DNA of 31,155 nt from a virus (taxonomy: Duplodnaviria > Heunggongvirae > Uroviricota > Caudoviricetes). The stretch is taken from positions 1 through 31,155 of IMG/VR virus record IMGVR_UViG_2548876865_000016. One strand, given 5' to 3'. Within the stretch, counting starts at the first letter, position 1. Every line of letters begins with the position of its first letter. The notes under the pieces were generated by a model. It was not told the DNA's origin. It ran no database searches and saw nothing but the letters and a program-made list of their open reading frames with translations. Of the stretch, positions 17,766 through 26,073 are shown one piece after another. Both the position numbers and the translations under genes were made by a program.

Positions 17766-18815
17766 TTAAACTAATTCACGCGGTTTTTTGTCGCCCGCAG
17801 GCGCATTGCCAGGACGACGCGTTCCGTTACTTTCCATCGCTGACAACTTGGTCATGACGGTGGTCAGTTGTTCGGACAGGTCGTTCAGCGGGTTACCGGC
17901 TTGACGGCCTGCGGAAAGCTCACGGCGGCGACTGCGGGTACGCTGACGACGCGCCGGAGCGGCGCTGAATTTTTTCATCGCTTTAGCCAGGTTGGCTTTG
18001 GCGACGCTGAATTCTTCCGCTTTGACTTCGTCTTCCGGGTTCTCTGCAACTTCCTCCGCCAGATCTGCCACTTCGGCGGCAGCGTCTGCGATTTCGTCAG
18101 CAATGACGGCCACTTCGTCGGCGGCCTGTTCCGGTGTATCGACCGTGTCAGCGTCACCCGTTGCAGCGTCTTTACCGCTTTTAACTAAATCCAGTAATTG
18201 CTGGATGAGGGCTTTTAACTCTTCCATTTTTTCTCCGTCGCCCTCGGTGGGCTTATCAGTGTTTGGTTCTGGTGTTGGTGTAAAATTTTTACCGGTAGTA
18301 AATAAGCGCGTCCAAAACCCCGGCTTATCTTTATGCAAATCACCCAGACTGAATGTTTCAAGGTTTCCGCGTTCGGCGTCCTTTTCTTCTCCAGCTAATA
18401 CGAATTTAATTTTTTCTGTTCCAAGACTCGCGGGAATATCTGTCACAGCCAGCCCGAAAAGATATTCACGACCGCTGCCCCCAAAATCAGAAACAAATTC
18501 CGCAGATGTGAAAAGCTTTTGCCCCATACGATTGGCATCTAATAAAAATTCATTCGGAATAAGCTGTGCATAGAGTTTAGTGACATCACCTTCAGTCTCT
18601 ACTTTGAGCGCGTCCACTTCCCCCAGATTGTAAGTAAAGGCACGTTCTCCAATGTCGTATTCTGGGTGATGCGGCCAAATCATGGCGGTGTAGGTTTTGC
18701 GGGTGTAGGTTTCTGCCGCATCGATCAACCATTGCGGCTCAATAGTGCGACCGTCCACTGCCTTACCGGACGTGGCAATACAAATCCAGTCCGTTCGTAA
18801 ATTAGGTTGCGGCAT
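17766..18815 (-). CDS. O: Capsid scaffolding protein (gpO-like)
   Basis: 349 aa; acidic Ala/Glu-rich C-terminal half; ...LFGLAVTDIPASLGTEKIKF... region typical of P2 gpO; divergent from the terminase large subunit gene. Confidence 0.8.
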   Translation of the reverse strand: MPQPNLRTDWICIATSGKAVDGRTIEPQWLIDAAETYTRKTYTAMIWPHHPEYDIGERAFTYNLGEVDALKVETEGDVTKLYAQLIPNEFLLDANRMGQKLFTSAEFVSDFGGSGREYLFGLAVTDIPASLGTEKIKFVLAGEEKDAERGNLETFSLGDLHKDKPGFWTRLFTTGKNFTPTPEPNTDKPTEGDGEKMEELKALIQQLLDLVKSGKDAATGDADTVDTPEQAADEVAVIADEIADAAAEVADLAEEVAENPEDEVKAEEFSVAKANLAKAMKKFSAAPARRQRTRSRRRELSAGRQAGNPLNDLSEQLTTVMTKLSAMESNGTRRPGNAPAGDKKPRELV

Positions 18816-18991
18816 AACTGACCTTTAATAATGAAATTAAATAACAATGATTCGTTTGTGTGGTCAGTATTGCGAATTGATTAAAACAGCGCGACCGCTT
18901 TATTTCTTATGCGTTCGGTTATAAATAGTTAGCCACTTTTTAACGATATTTAATTATCAGTTCCGCAAAATAATCCCGCCATAATAGCCGC
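18816..18991. promoter_or_regulatory. Divergent late promoter region between scaffold (O) and terminase (P) operons
   Basis: 176-bp AT-rich intergenic region between divergently oriented late operons, as in P2; no clean TGT-N12-ACA Ogr box identified by eye. Confidence 0.4.
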
Positions 18992-20803
18992 ATGGCTAAA
19001 TATTCCGATGAATTAAAAGAAGCGGCCCGCACGCTTTATATTAAAAGCTGGTCGCCGAAAGATATCGCGCAGGAACTGAATATTCCACCGCGTACAATTT
19101 ACCACTGGGCTGACGCCGGGAAGTGGGCATCACTGCTGCCTGTTGAATCGGTGGAAAATGTCATCACCCGCCGTATCGACCAGCTCTCCCGCCGCGAGAA
19201 AAAAACCGCACTGGAACTGGAGGAGCTGCGCGAACTGATTGCTCACCATGTGAAGCTCATGGCGCAGCGCAACAAGCACGCCGAAAAGCTGGCAGAAATT
19301 CAGGCCCAGAAAGCGGCTTATGATGGTGAAGGGTACTGCCTCAGCAGCGCAGGCGGGGAACCAGGGGAAAGAAAGCGCCGGTATAAGAAAAACGACGTTT
19401 CCGGCATTACACCTGAAATGCTCGACACCTGGGCGCGGGAGCATCTCTTCGAGTACCAGCTGCACTGCCGCGAACATAAAGGCGAAGACTGGCGCTTCAT
19501 TCTGAAAAGCCGACAGGTCGGCATGACCTATTATTTCGCCTGGGAGGCATTCGAAGATGCCGTCATTACCGGTGATAACCAGGTCTTTTTCTCTGCAAGC
19601 CGCGCCCAGTCAGAAATCTTCCGCGAATACATCGTCCAGATCGCCCAGAACCATTTCGGCGTTACACTGACGGGTAAAAATATCCGCCTCAGTAACGGCG
19701 CAATACTGCGCTTTTTATCCACGAACGCCAGCACCGCGCAGGGCTTTAACGGCCACCTGTATGGCGATGAGGTTTTCTGGATCCCGAAATTCACGCGCCT
19801 GCACGAAGTTGCCAGCGCAATGGCGACACATAACAAATACCGGACGACCTACTTTTCGACGCCCAGCGCGAAAACACACCAGGCTTACCCGGTCTGGACT
19901 GGCGAAGCCTGGCGCGGGGACGACCCGAAACGCAAAGGTGTGACGTTCCCGAAAGAAGACGAAATGCGCCAGGGCATTCTCTGCCCGGACCAGATCTGGC
20001 GCTACATCATCACGATGGAAGACGCTATCAAAGGCGGCCTCGGGGCGCTTGTCGATATTGAACGGCTGCGCAACAAATACAGCCCGACCGCGTTTGCCAT
20101 GCTCTACATGTGCCAGTTTGTTGACAGTAAGGACGCGGTGTTCAAGTTCTCCGCGCTTGTCGGCTGCGAAGTGGACCGGGCCACATGGGGCGACTTTGAT
20201 CTGACCGCTGCGCGGCCCTTTGGCAATCGCGAAGTATGGGCAGGTTTTGACCCGTCCCGCTCCGGCGACAACTCCACCTTTGTGTTAATCGCGCCCCCAA
20301 TCGAGGACGGCGAGCGCTTCCGCGTGCTGGCCGTCTGGCAATGGCAGGGCTTTAACTTTAGCTGGCAGGCTGACCAGATTAAGCAGCTTATGCGACGCTT
20401 TAACATTACCTACATCGGGATCGATACAACCGGCATTGGTAAAGGCGTTTATGACCTGGTCAGTAAGTTTGCACCGCGCGAAGCCACGCCCATTCTTTAC
20501 AGCGTCGAAAGTAAAAACCGCCTGGTCATGAAGATGATCGACGTCGTCGAACGCAAGCGCATCGAATGGGCAAAAGATGCCGTAGACGAAACGAACAAAG
20601 AGCGCGTCGAAATACCGGCCAGTTTTATGGCTATCCGGCGCACCACAACCAACAGCGGCAACGCGCTAACGTTTGTTGCCGAACGCTCGGACGCGACCGG
20701 CCACGCAGATGTTTTCTTCGCTATCTCGCACGCCGTAATTAACGAACCTATTGATCACGAATATGACCGCCCATCGGGCTGGCACTTTGGGAATGCAGCA
20801 TGA
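18992..20803 (+). CDS. P: Terminase large (ATPase) subunit, gpP-like
   Basis: 603 aa (P2 gpP ~590 aa); precedes the portal gene with an overlapping stop/start. Confidence 0.85.
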   Translation: MAKYSDELKEAARTLYIKSWSPKDIAQELNIPPRTIYHWADAGKWASLLPVESVENVITRRIDQLSRREKKTALELEELRELIAHHVKLMAQRNKHAEKLAEIQAQKAAYDGEGYCLSSAGGEPGERKRRYKKNDVSGITPEMLDTWAREHLFEYQLHCREHKGEDWRFILKSRQVGMTYYFAWEAFEDAVITGDNQVFFSASRAQSEIFREYIVQIAQNHFGVTLTGKNIRLSNGAILRFLSTNASTAQGFNGHLYGDEVFWIPKFTRLHEVASAMATHNKYRTTYFSTPSAKTHQAYPVWTGEAWRGDDPKRKGVTFPKEDEMRQGILCPDQIWRYIITMEDAIKGGLGALVDIERLRNKYSPTAFAMLYMCQFVDSKDAVFKFSALVGCEVDRATWGDFDLTAARPFGNREVWAGFDPSRSGDNSTFVLIAPPIEDGERFRVLAVWQWQGFNFSWQADQIKQLMRRFNITYIGIDTTGIGKGVYDLVSKFAPREATPILYSVESKNRLVMKMIDVVERKRIEWAKDAVDETNKERVEIPASFMAIRRTTTNSGNALTFVAERSDATGHADVFFAISHAVINEPIDHEYDRPSGWHFGNAA

Positions 20804-21861
20804 CAAAGAAACAGCGTAATAATAAAAAATTCAGGTCCATGACCGGCAACAAGGTTGAAACCTTCACGCCAGGGCGCGGAAGCGTGATCACCTTTGGCGA
20901 ACCAGAACCCATCCTGACGACCGGCACGGATTATCACAATATCTGGTATGACAATGAGTATGACCACTGGCGACTCCCGATTGATCGCCTGGCGCTGGCC
21001 CAGCTGCCGAACCTTAACGGCCAGCACGGCGGGGTACTGTATGCGCGGCGCAATATGGTGGCCGGTGGCTATATCGGCGGCGGCCTGACGCCTGACCAGG
21101 TCGAACAGGCCGTCTTTGATTACCTGCTGTTTGGTGACGTCGCTATCCTGAAAATTCGTAATATGTTCGGGGAGGTGATCGACCTGCTGCCGCTGCCGTC
21201 GCTGTATCTGCGCTGCCGGAAAGACGGCTCTTTTGCTGTACTGCAGGAAGGGCCGGCGCTTATCTATGACCCGGAAGACATCGTCTTTTTTAAAATGTAC
21301 GACCCGCGCCAGCAGGTTTACGGCCTGCCTGACTATATCGGCGGCATCCATTCGGTGTTACTCAACAGTGAGGCAACCATATTCCGGCGCCGTTACTACA
21401 ACAACGGGGCGCACATGGGCTTTATCCTCTATACCAGCGATCCCAATCTCACGCTGGAAATGGAAAACGAAATCAAAGACAAGATCGCCCAGTCCAAAGG
21501 GCTGGGTAACTTCCGCAATATGTTTATCAACATCCCGAAGGGCGACCCGGAAGGGGTTAAAATCATGCCAGTGGGCGAGGTCAGCGCAAAGGATGAATTT
21601 GCCAACATCAAAGGGATCACCGCACAGGACATCTTTACCGCCCACCGTTTCCCCGCTGGCCTGGCGGGTATCATCCCGACCAACGGCGCGGTAATGGGCA
21701 ACCCGGAAACCGCCCGCACAACCTATCGCAAGGATGAAGTTATCCCACTGCAGCGCAAGCTAATGAACGGCGTCAACAATGACCCGGAGATCCCCGCACA
21801 TTTGCACCTGGTTTTTGATGTAGATATCCCGGCAATTACCGCCGAAAAGGGCGAAAAATGA
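20800..21861 (+). CDS. Q: Portal protein (gpQ-like)
   Basis: 353 aa (P2 gpQ ~344 aa); downstream of terminase large subunit. Confidence 0.85.
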   Translation: MTKKQRNNKKFRSMTGNKVETFTPGRGSVITFGEPEPILTTGTDYHNIWYDNEYDHWRLPIDRLALAQLPNLNGQHGGVLYARRNMVAGGYIGGGLTPDQVEQAVFDYLLFGDVAILKIRNMFGEVIDLLPLPSLYLRCRKDGSFAVLQEGPALIYDPEDIVFFKMYDPRQQVYGLPDYIGGIHSVLLNSEATIFRRRYYNNGAHMGFILYTSDPNLTLEMENEIKDKIAQSKGLGNFRNMFINIPKGDPEGVKIMPVGEVSAKDEFANIKGITAQDIFTAHRFPAGLAGIIPTNGAVMGNPETARTTYRKDEVIPLQRKLMNGVNNDPEIPAHLHLVFDVDIPAITAEKGEK

Positions 21862-22184
21862 GCGCAGTTAAGTTAAAATCATCCCCATTGTTAGCAATGG
21901 CGTGCGGGATGGTGAACATGCGAGTTTTTAAAATTAAATGTCCTGAATGCGGCTCACCGGCCATCATTCGTAAATCTGACTGGAAAGACAAAAAACTGGC
22001 TGATTTATACTGCGCCTGCACGGAAGTTGAATGCGGCCACACCTTTGTTTTTAACGCTCAGTTTTCTCATACCCTCAGCCCCAGCGGGCTGACCGGAAAC
22101 AAGCTGGTTAAATTTCTGATTGACCGGCTCAAGCCGGAAGAACGTCAGTTCGCGCTGGACCTGCTCAACGGCCAGACGGCATAA
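21858..22184 (+). CDS. ogr: Ogr/Delta-family zinc-finger late transcription activator (alternative ATG starts at 21897, 21909, 21918)
   Basis: CPEC...(21 aa)...YCACTEVECGHTF matches the Ogr pattern CxxC...YxxCxxxxCxxTF; the first start overlaps the portal stop (ATGA). Confidence 0.6.
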   Translation: MSAVKLKSSPLLAMACGMVNMRVFKIKCPECGSPAIIRKSDWKDKKLADLYCACTEVECGHTFVFNAQFSHTLSPSGLTGNKLVKFLIDRLKPEERQFALDLLNGQTA

Positions 22185-22190
22185 AAACAA

Positions 22191-22237
22191 AAACCCGCAT
22201 CAGCTAAATTTTAGTTCTTAGCCAAAAGCGGGTTTTC
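22191..22237. terminator. Putative bidirectional intrinsic terminator between the convergent ogr-like and MazF-like genes
   Basis: Two-tier hairpin cccgc-atca-gctaa-[loop]-ttagc-caaaa-gcggg, flanked by an A-run on the 5' side and tttt on the 3' side. Confidence 0.45.
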
Positions 22238-22252
22238 AATCATGAGATATTT

Positions 22253-22672
22253 TTACGCAGCCTTGTTAACTTTTTGATGGGCTAACTTCAATGCTGGGAT
22301 GTAGGCAGGATGTAAAGCGCCCATAACTGGTGACGTTGGTGCTTCGCCACTTTTCATGGGCGCAAGATTGAACCAGTCACTGTTATAGGGGAGTTTTATG
22401 AGCGTACTCATATCAAATTTAGTGTCGTGCGCAAGTCCAGAGATAGCAAACCCAGCATCAACAGTTCTGATAACAAACTCAGTACCGTAAATTCTGTCAG
22501 TTTTCTGACTTGTTCCGTAGACAACCATTACTGCATTATCTTCTTCTGCTACCTTCACAACCAGTGAAGGGCGAGGTTTTGGGCCAGGTTCCCCTGGAAC
22601 CTGAGGAAAGTAACACCAAACGATATCGCCTGGCTCAGGGAGGGGGGTATAGTTTTTTGTATTGGTTGCCAT
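22253..22672 (-). CDS. PemK/MazF-fold protein (putative toxin / endoribonuclease)
   Basis: 139 aa; N-terminal PEPGDIVWCYFPQVPGEPGPKPRPSLVV resembles the MazF/Kid signature (GD-I/L-W-x-F...RP-x-VV); strong SD (AAGGAG) upstream; AT-richer than backbone. Confidence 0.55.
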   Translation of the reverse strand: MATNTKNYTPLPEPGDIVWCYFPQVPGEPGPKPRPSLVVKVAEEDNAVMVVYGTSQKTDRIYGTEFVIRTVDAGFAISGLAHDTKFDMSTLIKLPYNSDWFNLAPMKSGEAPTSPVMGALHPAYIPALKLAHQKVNKAA

Positions 22673-22681
22673 TTGTTCTCC

Positions 22682-22966
22682 TTACAAGAGACTTTTAGTA
22701 AATCGCTCCTCCGGTATATCGCTCGCGGTAGAAAGCTCACGAATAGTTTGGATTTGAGCTGTTGTCAGCGGCCCGTCATCTTTTTCGTAATGTGGCAGAA
22801 AAGCATCAGCCAGTTTACGTAATGCCAAATGGGCCAGTTCGGTTTTTGTCATCCCTGTCAGCGTCATCAGCGCATCCAGCGTATAGCCGCTGATAGCGTT
22901 CGGCGTATCCTTCTCTCTTAATCGAAGAACGAAATCGCCGGTTTTTTTAACGACGTGTACTGTCAT
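22682..22966 (-). CDS. Unknown protein upstream of the MazF-like gene (candidate antitoxin/partner)
   Basis: 94 aa; 9-nt gap to downstream gene; GGAG SD; no resemblance to MazE/PemI seen by eye. Confidence 0.4.
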   Translation of the reverse strand: MTVHVVKKTGDFVLRLREKDTPNAISGYTLDALMTLTGMTKTELAHLALRKLADAFLPHYEKDDGPLTTAQIQTIRELSTASDIPEERFTKSLL

Positions 22967-23106
22967 TTTTGATACTCCAGTTAGTTACTTGTGTAATAGA
23001 CCTCTCTTATTCTTAAAGTTGTCTTCGGAACACCGAATGAGCTGGGTTACGGTTGAACATTATTCACTCCTAGGTTAGGGATGCCTGATAGTAGGCACAT
23101 AAGAAA

Positions 23107-23156
23107 GATATCAGATTGATATCACAAAAGCAAGGCAAAGATATCATATTGATATC
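23107..23156. promoter_or_regulatory. Twin 17-bp palindromes (GATATCA-N3-TGATATC), candidate operator pair
   Basis: gatatcagattgatatc at 23107-23123 and gatatcatattgatatc at 23140-23156, 33 bp apart, in the intergenic region between the stop of gene A and the start of the 94-aa gene. Confidence 0.5.
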
Positions 23157-23243
23157 TTCATGACTGAGCGGGCTCTTTGCCGCCCGCACCCGCAGAATCA
23201 CGCTAACCGACGCAACCAGTTGCGACGGCCAGCGCGATTTCAT

Positions 23244-25859
23244 TCATTCTTTTGGGTGGCGACCTTCCACATCCGCCAGCATTTTTTGATACTCCCCGAT
23301 CGGATCAAACCGCAGACGCGTGGCATCAATGCCGTGGTTATCCCGCAGGCGTTCCCATAATTTATTTACCGTCTGTGACTCATCGGGTAATTGACGTGTT
23401 ATCAACTGACCGCCAGCGCTGGCCTGATAAATTTTGCCGTCTATCTCCAGACGGCTCCCCATTAACAACGAAACGGCCTGAATCTCTGAAATCTCAACTG
23501 AATACAACGCCGCATCAGCCAACAGGCTGGCAACCGCAGGGGTAAGCGATGCCCGTCTGGCTTTTTCAGCCGTCGATCTGACCTCGGTTTTTTCGACAGC
23601 AGAACGCCAGGCGACATCTAATTCGCTTCCTGGCTCATAAGGTGATCCGCTTTGCTGCCTTTTGAATGGTGTTTCACGTAGTCGCCGCATCAATTTGCGC
23701 CGCGTTGTCTGGTCCATGTTTTCAAAATCGACGATTTCCTCTTCTGATTCTTCTGTCATACCCTCCACATCAGGCAAAAAATCGGTGATTTTTTCGTCTT
23801 CCGTAGAGTTATTGACAGAACTCCAAGCGTCGCCGGTTGGCGACGGCAAAAGGTCAACCCCCAAACCAGGGCCGTTTTTGGCCCCGGTGGCGGCTTTGGA
23901 TTTGGCGCGGATTTTCCACTTAACCAGACGGGTGCAAATACGGGAGGCATCACCCAGACGCGGCGACCAGACCCCGAATACCTTTTCGGGGATCTCACAA
24001 TAGGCGTTCATTTCATCAGCTGGCTGATAGGCCAGACGGACGACATAGTTTTCTCGCGGGATCAAAACACCGCCCTGGCGGATGATGTAGGTAGCAAAGC
24101 ACCCGACATCGGCAGCGGCGCAAACCGCATCCATTGCAGGATCCACAAGCAGCGGCGCACCGCGTTTGAAGGTATTGTCAATTTTCTGGCGGGTCGTGAT
24201 CTGATTGCTCAGTTTGCGCAGCTCGCGGTAAACCGATATGGGCGGCTGTCCGATAGGCTGAAACTGGCGGATACGGTGAAGCGACGCCCAGGCCATTGCA
24301 TATTTGGCGGTTTCATTCAGCGGTTTGCCGCTTTCGTCGTCCAGTTCACCGGCCAGCGCGTGGCCGTCGATATTCTTCGAAATGTATTTAGCGATGTATG
24401 CCGTTGCTGACCCTTTCCGTGGGTCCATTTTTTTTGACTTGAAACGAGCACCGGTATTACGGCCCAGCTCGTCGCGGTCTTCCGCAATGAAGTAGGCGCG
24501 AAGGATCGCAATCGTGGCTTTGACTTGCTCTTGTGGCATAAATAGCAACGCGTGCCAGTGTGGTGTCCCATCGTGATGCGGCTCGGCGACGCGGAAGCCA
24601 TAAGGGCGCAAATCTTCGCGTTTCAGTTTGGCGGTTGCCCGGTTCCATACTCGGCATAAATAGCGCTGCGCCTGGGCGACGGTGGAATGATTCCATTTGG
24701 CGTTATGGTGGCCGGACGCAATATTACTGTGATATTTCGACGGGCAAGTGATGGTCAGGAAGATGCCAACATCGCCGCGACTTTGGGCGACAAGCTCAAC
24801 CCCAGCCATTCGGGCCATAAGCTCATGGCGACGAATAGCCGGGTTAGACGTGGATTTATTAATCATTTCCTCAAGCGACGAAACGTTGCCGTCTTCGTCT
24901 ACCAGTTCATGACTTTTGAAAAAATCCCGGTGTTTACGGCGCTGTTCCTGCCACTCGATCAGGCTGGAAACGCTAACGTAGGCGTGCGCTTTTTTATTTA
25001 CCGCGCCAACAGCACGCAGCTGGTTCTCGCGCCAGTCACAACGCAAGCGCCAGATTTTACGCCCCCACCAGTCAGGCGAAGCCATACGCAAAATGGCCGT
25101 GCATATGCGCTCGCGTTCCCACGGCGCATACCATGCAGGCGGTACAATGCGAAGCGCCAGCATTTCGCGGCCCTGGTGGCAATAAAGCCAGTCCAATTCT
25201 TCGACGTTCATGTCTGAAACATTCCGTCCCAGGGCTTCGCATTCCGTCCCCAGCATTTCAGCCATGCGGCTGGCGATCTCATTAGCGGCGCTCAGTGCTT
25301 CCCGCTTTGTGAAATCAGCCAGACGTTGCCAGCGCCCGAACCAGTACGCAGCCAGTTCGCCGGTGATATCAGGCGAAACACCTTGCCTTGTGCGTACAAC
25401 ATCAAGACGCAGCAATGATTTTTTCACGGTCCCCATAAGAAAATCATTGGTGTGTCTGGTTTCACGGTTGACCCGTAACCACTCAATTTTTTTACGCCAG
25501 ACTTCACGAATGAAGAACGGTTCTGATAATAAACGCGCTTCGACACCTTCGGGCGTATTGACCCAGGCTGCCGTCGTAGCTTTAGCGGCTTCCATTTCCT
25601 GCCGGATTATATTTTGATGGGCGGCCAGTAGCAGGCCGTACGGTTCGTACCTGTCCAGCGCCTGGATAAGCGCGTTACGGTCCCGAACCTCGTCGGGGTT
25701 GTAACCGGCGCGTTTGAAGATGTGATCGATGTGTTTTTTTACGGCTGGATGATGTACCACCGCCCCTGCAAGCGGGGCGATTTTTTTCGGTTCGTAGGTG
25801 TACAGGCCAATAGCTGGGCGCGGCGCGTTCCAGGGCCATGCAAAAGCGGTGTCAGACAT
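23244..25859 (-). CDS. A: Rolling-circle replication initiator (P2 gpA-like HUH endonuclease); start taken at ATG 25859 (ORF track GTG at 25877)
   Basis: ~871 aa; HUH-type motif (TPHWHALLF) and paired Tyr (ATAYIAKYISK); ATG at 25857-25859 lies 2 nt after the upstream small-ORF stop. Confidence 0.8.
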   Translation of the reverse strand: MSDTAFAWPWNAPRPAIGLYTYEPKKIAPLAGAVVHHPAVKKHIDHIFKRAGYNPDEVRDRNALIQALDRYEPYGLLLAAHQNIIRQEMEAAKATTAAWVNTPEGVEARLLSEPFFIREVWRKKIEWLRVNRETRHTNDFLMGTVKKSLLRLDVVRTRQGVSPDITGELAAYWFGRWQRLADFTKREALSAANEIASRMAEMLGTECEALGRNVSDMNVEELDWLYCHQGREMLALRIVPPAWYAPWERERICTAILRMASPDWWGRKIWRLRCDWRENQLRAVGAVNKKAHAYVSVSSLIEWQEQRRKHRDFFKSHELVDEDGNVSSLEEMINKSTSNPAIRRHELMARMAGVELVAQSRGDVGIFLTITCPSKYHSNIASGHHNAKWNHSTVAQAQRYLCRVWNRATAKLKREDLRPYGFRVAEPHHDGTPHWHALLFMPQEQVKATIAILRAYFIAEDRDELGRNTGARFKSKKMDPRKGSATAYIAKYISKNIDGHALAGELDDESGKPLNETAKYAMAWASLHRIRQFQPIGQPPISVYRELRKLSNQITTRQKIDNTFKRGAPLLVDPAMDAVCAAADVGCFATYIIRQGGVLIPRENYVVRLAYQPADEMNAYCEIPEKVFGVWSPRLGDASRICTRLVKWKIRAKSKAATGAKNGPGLGVDLLPSPTGDAWSSVNNSTEDEKITDFLPDVEGMTEESEEEIVDFENMDQTTRRKLMRRLRETPFKRQQSGSPYEPGSELDVAWRSAVEKTEVRSTAEKARRASLTPAVASLLADAALYSVEISEIQAVSLLMGSRLEIDGKIYQASAGGQLITRQLPDESQTVNKLWERLRDNHGIDATRLRFDPIGEYQKMLADVEGRHPKE

Positions 25860-26073
25860 TGGATGCCCCGCTATCACCCTCCCGCAGGGAATGCTTTTCG
25901 ATTAGCGGGTCGAGTAACACATTGAAAGAAATCAACAGCGTGTTTGCGGCTTCACTTCCGGCGAGAACACCCGCCAACGTTGCGTGTGCAAGGGCCAGTG
26001 TTTTGGCTTCGTTAAGCGCAGCCAGTGCGCCGCGCTGGTATTCCGAAAGACCGTTATTAATTTTGCTAGCCAT
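25852..26073 (-). CDS. Small hypothetical protein (73 aa), translationally coupled to dam
   Basis: ATG overlaps the dam stop (ATGA); its stop abuts the proposed start of gene A. Confidence 0.35.
   Translation of the reverse strand: MASKINNGLSEYQRGALAALNEAKTLALAHATLAGVLAGSEAANTLLISFNVLLDPLIEKHSLREGDSGASNV

Noticed and set aside
15992-18573. Plus-strand ORFs (15992..16798, 16783..17418, 17992..18573) opposite the capsid and terminase-small genes
   Set aside because: Fully overlapped by minus-strand genes with strong P2-like identity and operon context; no independent start signals.
18816-18991. Search for Ogr-type TGT-N12-ACA late-promoter boxes in the O/P intergenic region
   Set aside because: Only a TGC-N12-ACA near-match was found by eye; not enough to call a specific activator site, so only the region is annotated.
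23160-23200. GC-rich stretch just after the stop of gene A considered as a cos (cohesive-end) site
   Set aside because: Only loose resemblance to the P2 cos 19-mer as I remember it (GGCGAGGCGGGGAAAGCAC); cannot be aligned reliably without the reference, so the cos site is left unlocated.
24687-25617. Plus-strand ORFs 24687..25217 and 25210..25617 inside replication gene A
   Set aside because: Antisense to an 870-aa ORF with an HUH motif; no SD; compositional artefacts.
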